64,000 nt of DNA from Candidatus Aminicenantes bacterium JdFR-78 (GTDB lineage Bacteria; Acidobacteriota; Aminicenantia; JdFR-78), in assembly GCA_002010665.1 (NCBI GenBank), contig MTON01000024.1, positions 76,999-140,998 on the forward strand, read 5' to 3'. A program made the position numbers and the translations under genes. Position 1 is the stretch's first letter. Every line of letters starts with the position of its first letter. Shown piece after piece: positions 56,963 through 64,000 of this stretch. The notes beneath the pieces were generated by a model, which saw nothing but the letters and a program-made list of their open reading frames with translations, ran no database searches and had not been told where the DNA came from.

Positions 56963-58271
56963 TTGGTAAAAATATTTGAAAAGTTGAACCTTTTCCCTCT
57001 ATTGAAGAAGCAATTATTCTCCCTTGATGAGAGGCAATAATTTTCTTTACAAATGCAAGCCCCATACCTGTACCTCTTTCTTTGGTTGTGAAGAAGGGGA
57101 GAAATATTTTGTCCTTAATTTCAAGAGAAAAACCCCCTCCATTATCAGTAATCTTAATTTCAAATTCTTTTTGTTCCATTCTTTTAAAAGTTTCTATTGA
57201 AATCTCAGATGCACCTGCTTCAACTGAATTTCTGAATAAATTCACAAAAACAGTCTTTAAGAGATTTCTATCTCCTTCAATAATAATAGGAACTCCTTTT
57301 CTATTTAATTTAATTGAAGTTTTTGTTTCTTCTCTAAATTCATTAAATGTTTCTTCAATTATTTCTTCGATATTTAATTTTTCCTTTTTTAAATCAAGTG
57401 GTTTTGCAAAAGAGAGAAATTTTTCAACCATTTCTAAAAGAAAATCTGTTTCTTTTCTTATTTTTTGTAAATAAGGATTCTCCTTGATTTCCTTTTCCAG
57501 TAAACGGGAATGTCCAAGTATTACTCCCAAAGAATTTCTGAATTCATGAACAATTCCTGCTGAAAGCTCTCCGATTAAAGCTAATTCTTCTCTGGTTCGA
57601 GCAATTTCCTTAAGTCTTTTTTCTTCAGTTATATCCTTAAATATCGAAAGGAGACCTATGAATCTGTTATTTTTATCAAAAAGAGGCAATATTGTTGTTT
57701 CAAGAATTATTTTTTTTCCTTCTTTGAATTTAAATTCAAGCTCTTTAGGGCCAATTTTTTCTTTTTTCTGAAAGGCTGAGTTAAACAAAGAAATCAAACT
57801 ATCATTTTCTTCAAACAGTTGAAGATAAGTTTGATTTAATGCAACAAGTCGGGGGACATTAAATATTTTTTCAGCAGATGCATTAAGAGTAAGTAATTTT
57901 CCATATGGAGACCAAAGGATTAAACCATCTCCTAAATTCTCTACTATATAACTATTCAATCTTTCAGCTTCATCAGCTCTCATTTTTTCCTTTCTATGAA
58001 GCTCTTCGAGTTCCTTTTCTTTCTCTTTTAATTTGTTCACAAGATGCTGAATTGATGTAAGCATGAAAGTTTGATCATCTCTTGTTAGAAAACTATATTT
58101 TTCTGATATTTCTTTTTTTGTAATAATAATTTTTCTTATTGCCCATAGAATGATAAAAATAAGAAATACTGTAAAACCTAATCCTAAAAATAAAAAAATG
58201 AGGTTTGAAATAGAATTCTGTCCTTGAGTTATTTGCTTATAAAAATACAAAAAATTGGTAGCTACATACAT
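56943..58271 (-). CDS. Membrane-anchored PAS-domain sensor histidine kinase
   Basis: N-terminal TM, a PAS-like segment, H-box AGIVHEFRNSLGVI, and N/G1/G2 boxes (FRNSVEA, TDNGGG, GTGMGL). Confidence 0.85.
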   Translation of the reverse strand: MYVATNFLYFYKQITQGQNSISNLIFLFLGLGFTVFLIFIILWAIRKIIITKKEISEKYSFLTRDDQTFMLTSIQHLVNKLKEKEKELEELHRKEKMRADEAERLNSYIVENLGDGLILWSPYGKLLTLNASAEKIFNVPRLVALNQTYLQLFEENDSLISLFNSAFQKKEKIGPKELEFKFKEGKKIILETTILPLFDKNNRFIGLLSIFKDITEEKRLKEIARTREELALIGELSAGIVHEFRNSLGVILGHSRLLEKEIKENPYLQKIRKETDFLLEMVEKFLSFAKPLDLKKEKLNIEEIIEETFNEFREETKTSIKLNRKGVPIIIEGDRNLLKTVFVNLFRNSVEAGASEISIETFKRMEQKEFEIKITDNGGGFSLEIKDKIFLPFFTTKERGTGMGLAFVKKIIASHQGRIIASSIEGKGSTFQIFLPIINMDS

Positions 58272-58274
58272 GAT

Positions 58275-59042
58275 TCAATTTTTTTTAAATAAATTCAAAT
58301 AAGTCTTAATAATTTCACTCCCCCACATTAAAGCAATAAAAGCAGATGGAGAAAGAAAAGTTCCAAAAGGAAGCGAATATTTTAAATCTTTCCCTTTGAA
58401 AATAATTAAAAATATACCAACAGAGGCTGCCGCAAATGTGCCGATTAACAGTGTAAAAAGAGTTTTCAGCCATCCGAGAAAAGAACCAACCATTATCATC
58501 ATTTTTACATCACCAAGGCCGAGCCCTTCAATTTTTTTAATTCGAAGGTAAATCCAATAAATTAGGAAAAGAATACCTCCTCCAAAAGCCATTCCCAAAA
58601 GAGAATTGGTGAAGTCAATATAAGGATTTAAAAAAGAATAACCAAGAAATAGTAATGAACCAGGAATTGTAATTTCATTGGGAAGAATTTGATGATAATA
58701 ATCAATAAATGCCAGCACTATAAGAGCACTTGTAAATATAAAAGAGAAAAGGAAGAAAGTAGTAAATGAGTATTTAAAATACAATAAAATTATGGAAATA
58801 GGGGTTAATAATTCTACAAGTGGATACATAAAGGATATTTTATTTCCACAATATTTACATTTACCTTTTAAAATAATAAAACTGATTAAAGGAATATTAT
58901 AATAAAAAGGAATTTTATGCTTGCATGATGGACAAAATGAGGCAGGTTTTACAATGCTGATATTCCGTGGAAGACGATAAATTATTACATTTAAAAAACT
59001 TCCCCATATAAGACCAAATAAAATAATGATAATTAAAACCAT
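58275..59042 (-). CDS. pilD: Prepilin peptidase (A24 family)
   Basis: CPSC...CKYC zinc cluster, a multi-TM body, and GLGDVKMM, the A24 active-site Asp motif. Confidence 0.9.
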   Translation of the reverse strand: MVLIIIILFGLIWGSFLNVIIYRLPRNISIVKPASFCPSCKHKIPFYYNIPLISFIILKGKCKYCGNKISFMYPLVELLTPISIILLYFKYSFTTFFLFSFIFTSALIVLAFIDYYHQILPNEITIPGSLLFLGYSFLNPYIDFTNSLLGMAFGGGILFLIYWIYLRIKKIEGLGLGDVKMMIMVGSFLGWLKTLFTLLIGTFAAASVGIFLIIFKGKDLKYSLPFGTFLSPSAFIALMWGSEIIKTYLNLFKKN

Positions 59043-59163
59043 TTTTCTAATTTTAAATCATAAAAACCAAATGTCAAATTTCTTAGACTTTATTAATTCA
59101 ACCTGGACCTTGTTGATAATCATTGAAAAATTTGAACTCTAAAGTCTGTCGTCATTTTTAATA

Positions 59164-60018
59164 TTATTCTTTCTTCCAAGGAGTATATGGAGTCTTTATC
59201 TCACCAGTATGAGGATTGTAAATATAGTCATTTCCGTCCAGATCCTTTGGGATTTTATTTAGTATTCCAGCTCTGACTAATTGATTTAAATTCATAGGTA
59301 ATCTATTATATTTTTCCTTAAATTTTCTAATTGCCTTTTCTAATTTTATTGTATCAATTGTAGCTTTTGTCCGATATAAATGGTTATAAGCTATTTTTTT
59401 TATCCTTTTGTCCTTTGCTGTTTGGTAAATTTCAAGCCAGTTTCTATATGCGGTTTCTAAATCCATTGCTTTAAAAGCAGCAGCTGCGTAAAGACGGCGT
59501 GCAAGCGGAGGCGCTCCTTTAATTTTCATAGTAATACCATAATAATATTGTGCCAATTTATAATCTTTCTTATACATCTGTGCGTAATGACCAGCTTCAA
59601 AGGGCAAAATCCAGTCATTTGGATTTTTTTTAATACCCATATCCAGAATTTTTAAAGCTAAATCTATTCTTCTACCTTCATACCATGCAATTAATGCTCC
59701 AATTCTATATGGATCAATATAATAGGGATCCAATGCTGATATTATTGAAAAAATATGTTCGAGGTAATTAAATCTATCTTTAATTCGATAATCTGAATAA
59801 TATTGGATAGCCCAGATGTAAATTATATCAGCAAGAAGAGAGTTAAATCCAAATGTCACCAGTCTTAAATATTTTCCAGAAGGTAAGTATATAATTGATG
59901 AACCAGGGACTCTAAATCTTTTTGTTTTTTCTATTTTTATTTGCACAGATATTGCGATCAGGAGAAAGCAAATAGCGAGTAATGCAAAAAAAGTTCTGTG
60001 AATTCGAAATTTTTTCAT
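59164..60018 (-). CDS. Membrane-anchored TPR-like protein with a GspG-like C-terminal motif
   Basis: N-terminal TM and helical repeats. The C-terminal LVRAGILNKIPKDLDGNDYIYNP resembles the T2SS GspG C-domain (GYL..LPKDPWGN.Y). It overlaps the upstream ABC-2 permease gene by 4 nt. Confidence 0.5.
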   Translation of the reverse strand: MKKFRIHRTFFALLAICFLLIAISVQIKIEKTKRFRVPGSSIIYLPSGKYLRLVTFGFNSLLADIIYIWAIQYYSDYRIKDRFNYLEHIFSIISALDPYYIDPYRIGALIAWYEGRRIDLALKILDMGIKKNPNDWILPFEAGHYAQMYKKDYKLAQYYYGITMKIKGAPPLARRLYAAAAFKAMDLETAYRNWLEIYQTAKDKRIKKIAYNHLYRTKATIDTIKLEKAIRKFKEKYNRLPMNLNQLVRAGILNKIPKDLDGNDYIYNPHTGEIKTPYTPWKKE

Positions 60019-60779
60019 ATGAAATCCCTTTTGTGGAAAATTAAAGCAGAGAGGAAAAGAATTGCAAGGGCATAGAAAATTCCGTAAACTAACGAATAAA
60101 TAACAAAATCTGATTTTATGGGTAAGTTATGAACAACCTCTGTTTTAATATTAAATTTTTCTAAATTTGGCAGTATATAATAGAGAATCTTAATTAATAA
60201 TTTTCCGATTGGTGCTTTTGTTTTCATTATGAAAAATTTAAAGTTTTTGCTGAAATGTCCTATTAAAAAAAGAGAGAATGTGAAAACAGAGCTTAAAATT
60301 GGCGTTGTAAAGGAAGAAAATAGAATTGATATTGCTGTAATAATTGCAAGTTCGATATAAATTAGTAAAATTGCGATTAGAAATTTTGCTTCGAACTTAG
60401 AATTATGAAGTAAAATCAATCCAAAAAATACAATACTCATTATAATTATCATTACTAATAATGTAATATTGAGACCTAAGAACTTTCCTAATAAAAATTC
60501 ATATCTATGAATTGGTTTAGATAGCAGAGTATAAATTGTTCTTTTATCAATTTCTTTATAAACTAAATTGGTTCCTATTAAAATTGCCATAAATACTCCG
60601 AAAAGAGAAATAGATGCTAAACCGACATCTTTTATTACTTTTAATTCGTCTCCAACGGTCATCATACTTAAAACTTTTGAAAAGACTATAAAGAAAATTG
60701 AAATAAAAAGAATTAAATATAAAATCCTATCTCTTATTGCTTCTTTAAATGTATTTAAAGCTATTGTTAAAACTTTCAT
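60015..60779 (-). CDS. ABC-2 type transporter permease
   Basis: About 6 TM segments, a conserved N-terminus (TFKEAIRDRILY...), and a 4-nt overlap with the ATPase gene. Confidence 0.75.
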   Translation of the reverse strand: MKVLTIALNTFKEAIRDRILYLILFISIFFIVFSKVLSMMTVGDELKVIKDVGLASISLFGVFMAILIGTNLVYKEIDKRTIYTLLSKPIHRYEFLLGKFLGLNITLLVMIIIMSIVFFGLILLHNSKFEAKFLIAILLIYIELAIITAISILFSSFTTPILSSVFTFSLFLIGHFSKNFKFFIMKTKAPIGKLLIKILYYILPNLEKFNIKTEVVHNLPIKSDFVIYSLVYGIFYALAILFLSALIFHKRDFI

Positions 60780-61690
60780 TTTCGTTTGACTGCTCCGAGA
60801 AAGATATCTTCCAATGTATAAGTCCTTGGTATTAGAGAATGTATCTTTCCTTTTTTAGAAACTATAAATGCAATTATATCGTCTATTTTTTCCTGTTTGT
60901 ATATTTTAAGTAGAATCTTACCACCTTTTGATATTACTGTTTCACCAAAATTTCTCAATTCCTTCTCGGCCACACCAGAAACTGTTACTTCTGTATATAA
61001 AATTTCTTCTGAAATTAAATCCTCAAGCCTGCCTTCGCTTATTATTTTTCCATTTATTATTATTCCTACCTGATCGCATATCATTTCTATATCCTGAAGA
61101 ATATGAGAGGAAAAGAATATAGTTTTTCCTTCATTTCTTAATCTGAGAATTACATCTCTTATTTCCTTTCTTCCTATCGGGTCCAATCCACTTAACGGTT
61201 CATCAAGTATTACAAGCTCCGGATCGGAAATTAATGCCTGTGCAATACCAATTCTTTGAAGCATTCCTCTTGAGAATTTCCTGAGCTGTAAATTAGAGTG
61301 TGCACTTAATCCAACCAGATTTAGAAGGTCATTAATTTTCTTTGAATTATCTTTTCTATTGGAATTCGAGAGTCTAGCATAGAAATTTAAAAATTCATAC
61401 GCTGTAAGATAATCATAGAAATAGGGATTTTCCGGTAAAAAACCTATTTTTTGTTTTGCTTTTATATCAAGATGATTTTTACCAAAAATTTTAATTTCTC
61501 CTTTATCAGGAAAAATCAAGCCTAGAATAGTCTTTATAGTAGTTGTTTTTCCTGCTCCATTTGGTCCAAGATATCCATAAATATTTCCTTTTTTAACAGA
61601 TAGAGAAATTCCTTTTAAAATTTCCTTTTTCCTTGGTATAAAGCCAGTTTTAAATGATTTATATAGTTCACGAATTTCAAGCGCGTTCAT
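60776..61690 (-). CDS. ABC transporter ATP-binding protein
   Basis: Walker A GPNGAGKTT, signature FSRGMLQR, Walker B LVILDEP and H-loop SSH. Confidence 0.93.
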   Translation of the reverse strand: MNALEIRELYKSFKTGFIPRKKEILKGISLSVKKGNIYGYLGPNGAGKTTTIKTILGLIFPDKGEIKIFGKNHLDIKAKQKIGFLPENPYFYDYLTAYEFLNFYARLSNSNRKDNSKKINDLLNLVGLSAHSNLQLRKFSRGMLQRIGIAQALISDPELVILDEPLSGLDPIGRKEIRDVILRLRNEGKTIFFSSHILQDIEMICDQVGIIINGKIISEGRLEDLISEEILYTEVTVSGVAEKELRNFGETVISKGGKILLKIYKQEKIDDIIAFIVSKKGKIHSLIPRTYTLEDIFLGAVKRK

Positions 61691-61746
61691 TTTTCCTTAT
61701 TATATTACTTATTCTTTACAAAATAGTCAATGAAATCCATTTTTCT

Positions 61747-61776
61747 TTGACAAATCATTTTATTTATAGATAGAAT
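61747..61776 (+). promoter_or_regulatory. Possible sigma-70 promoter of the activase-like gene
   Basis: TTGACA, an 18-nt spacer, then TAGAAT, about 115 nt upstream of ATG 61893. Confidence 0.35.
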
Positions 61777-61892
61777 ATTATAATAAAAGAAAAGCATGAC
61801 TTCATTATTATTTAATTTTCTTAGATTTTGTAAAAGGAATATTATGGGTTCAAACATTGAAAAAGTCAAAATTTAATGATCGAGGGTTTAAA

Positions 61893-64000
61893 ATGGTAAG
61901 GAATGAAATTAGATTGGGAATCGATATAGGTTCTGTTTCAATTGGTATTGCATTAATAAAAAATAATAAACTAATTAAAACATTTTATAAGTTTCATCAC
62001 GGCGAAATTAAAAAAAGTCTGATAGAGCTTTTAAGAAATTTAAATATTCCCAAGGCAAAAGTAGGATTCACAGGTAGAGGAACTGGTATCTTCCAAGATT
62101 TTGAATCAATAAATGATATTATTTCTACAATCGAAGGTATCAAATTTATAATTAAAGATAATCCAAAATACATTATGATGATAGGGGGAGAATCTTTCAT
62201 TTTAATTGAATTGGACGAAAATGGAGTTTATAAATCTCATGAAATAAATACTGATTGCGCCTCAGGAACAGGTATTTTCCTTGAACAGCAGGCAATGAGA
62301 CTGGGAATTTCTGTTCAGCAGTTGGCAGAAATGGCTGAAAAATATAGGGGAATTTCACCTTCTATTGCAACGAGGTGTGCTGTATTTGCAAAAAGTGATC
62401 TCATACACAGACAACAAGAAGGATTTTCTGTAGAAAGCATTTCAGCCGGTCTCTGTGATGGGATTGCACAGAGTATAGTGGATACTATTGTAAAAGGTAA
62501 GAAGATCGATAGCACAATTCACATCGTTGGAGGAGTTGCATTAAATAAAAGAGTAATTTCTGCTTTAAGGAAGCTATTGAACTGTGAAATAAATGTAGTC
62601 CCTAATGCAGAGTTAATTCCTGCTATTGGAGCAGGCATTCTAGCTGAAAAATCTCTCGACATAGATGAATTATGTTCAGAAATTTCTTTAAGTTCCAATA
62701 ACAAAAATATAGTTTTGAATCCTCCTCTCACTTTAAATTTATCTCAATATCCTGACTTTGATAAAGATATTAAATGGAAAAAAGGAGATGTTGAAGTGAC
62801 AATTTATGACCCATTGCAAGCTGGGATGTTATATGACGTGTATCTTGGGCTAGACATTGGTTCCACTAGCACAAAACTTGTAATTACCCAAAATGAAAAA
62901 GTTCTTCTCGGGCTCTATACATATACTAAATCAGCACCTGTTCAAGCAACTCAAAAATTATTCAAAGTAATTACCGAGATTGAAGAAAAATATAACATCA
63001 AATTCAATTGGATCGGTGTGGGAACCACGGGTTCTGGTAGACAAATAATAGGGGAATTAATTAAAGCTGACCTTATAATAAATGAGATATCGGCCCATGC
63101 AAAAGCCGCAGTCCAGCTTGACCCTGATGTTGATACTATTATTGAAATAGGAGGTCAAGATTCTAAATTTATTAAATTACAAAATGGTTCGGTAGTACAA
63201 GCAATAATGAATTATATATGTGCAGCAGGAACTGGTTCATTTATAGAAGAACAAGCAAAAAAATTGAATGTTCCACTCAACGAATATGCGGGAAAAGCTA
63301 TGGGAAAAAGGGGCCCAGTTATATCTGACCGTTGCACTGTATACATGGAAAGGGACTTGAGTAGATTACTCTCAGAAGGATGGAGTAAAGAGGAACTTCT
63401 TGCATCAGTTTTACATTCAGTGAGGGATAACTACCTGATAAGAGTAGTTGGACAGGCAAAAATAGGGGACAATATATGTTTTCAGGGGGCTACTGCAAAG
63501 AATAGAGCTCTTGTTGCTGCTTTTGAAGTTACATTAAAAAAACCAATAAAAGTTTCTCGTTTCTGTCATCTTGCCGGAGCATATGGAGTTTGTCTCTTGC
63601 TTAAAGAGAGAAATGTTAAAAAGACAAATTTTATTGGTTTATCCTTTGCATTTCAACAATTTCACCAAAAGACAAAAATATGCAATATATGTAGAAATAA
63701 ATGTAAGATAACATTAGTAGAAGTCGGAAATTCAAAAGTTGCTTGGGGTTTTATGTGTGGTAGGGATTATGAAGATAGAAAATATAAGGAACGAAACCTT
63801 CCTTTTGATTCGATTTATAAAATCTATAGGAAGGTTTATCAAGAGAAGATATTAGAGAGAAAAAGGAATTGGAAAGTAAAAAAAATAGGATTGCCAAATG
63901 CATTACCTATGATTGAGTACATTCCATTGTGGCGTGAATTTTTTGAAAAAATAGGATACAAAGTTGTTATCTCACCTTATGAACGGAGAATGATTAAGAG
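61893..64000 (+). CDS. Tandem BcrAD/BadFG-type ATPase (2-hydroxyacyl-CoA dehydratase activase-related large protein); 3' end beyond the window
   Basis: Hand translation shows an open frame from ATG 61893 to the window end. There are two actin-fold ATPase units (LGIDIGSVSIG and LGLDIGSTSTK, each followed by CA[SA]GTG), then a Cys-rich ICNICRNKCKI...WGFMCGRDYE segment. GAGGG lies upstream. It is absent from the ORF track because no stop falls within the window. Confidence 0.8.
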   Translation, partial: MVRNEIRLGIDIGSVSIGIALIKNNKLIKTFYKFHHGEIKKSLIELLRNLNIPKAKVGFTGRGTGIFQDFESINDIISTIEGIKFIIKDNPKYIMMIGGESFILIELDENGVYKSHEINTDCASGTGIFLEQQAMRLGISVQQLAEMAEKYRGISPSIATRCAVFAKSDLIHRQQEGFSVESISAGLCDGIAQSIVDTIVKGKKIDSTIHIVGGVALNKRVISALRKLLNCEINVVPNAELIPAIGAGILAEKSLDIDELCSEISLSSNNKNIVLNPPLTLNLSQYPDFDKDIKWKKGDVEVTIYDPLQAGMLYDVYLGLDIGSTSTKLVITQNEKVLLGLYTYTKSAPVQATQKLFKVITEIEEKYNIKFNWIGVGTTGSGRQIIGELIKADLIINEISAHAKAAVQLDPDVDTIIEIGGQDSKFIKLQNGSVVQAIMNYICAAGTGSFIEEQAKKLNVPLNEYAGKAMGKRGPVISDRCTVYMERDLSRLLSEGWSKEELLASVLHSVRDNYLIRVVGQAKIGDNICFQGATAKNRALVAAFEVTLKKPIKVSRFCHLAGAYGVCLLLKERNVKKTNFIGLSFAFQQFHQKTKICNICRNKCKITLVEVGNSKVAWGFMCGRDYEDRKYKERNLPFDSIYKIYRKVYQEKILERKRNWKVKKIGLPNALPMIEYIPLWREFFEKIGYKVVISPYERRMIK

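Noticed and set aside
61997-62731. Minus-strand ORFs 61997..62200, 62315..62515 and 62519..62731
   Set aside because: They are antisense to the long, motif-rich activase ORF that starts at 61893.

Overview
Visibly AT-rich, gene-dense chromosomal segment. The organism looks diderm (TolC-, FadL- and DUF5916-type outer-membrane proteins, ADP-heptose/heptosyltransferase genes). It also looks anaerobic or microaerotolerant (rubrerythrin, flavodiiron protein, superoxide reductase, archaeal-type Thi4, GTP-PEPCK). No rRNA, CRISPR array, transposase, integrase or phage genes were seen. Layout from left to right follows. (1) A minus-strand metal-efflux operon, tolC-cusB-cusA, followed by a BlaI-type repressor, a sensor-less BlaR1/M56 protease and a P-II-like gene. 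Two near-consensus promoters each carry the same TACA-N3-TGTA dyad in their spacer. I rate this the most unusual system in the window. (2) A Fur/PerR-headed oxidative-stress island with ferritin-like proteins, DUF2892, an unknown membrane protein, Hrb, FprA, superoxide reductase, an unlisted 39-aa desulforedoxin ORF, gdhA and rubrerythrin. (3) pckG and a large outer-membrane protein. (4) A cysK-cysE-E1-thi4-unknown sulfur operon. (5) Housekeeping genes: htrA, dapF, fadL-like, spoIID/SPOR, pyrE, tdh-kbl, the LPS heptose genes, an M14 peptidase, dNK and panBCD. (6) A stand-alone Cas6-like gene next to hup. (7) Peptidases, an outer-membrane barrel, corA, a decayed APC permease pseudogene and tRNA-Gln. 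(8) A sigma-54-driven fimT-pilVWX-pilY1 minor-pilin operon whose PilY1 carries an FG-GAP N-terminal module. (9) A convergent ABC-2/TPR/pilD/histidine-kinase operon. (10) The 5' part of a double BcrAD/BadFG-type activase gene. All calls rest on motif recognition in the supplied translations and on my own reading of the DNA. No database search was run.
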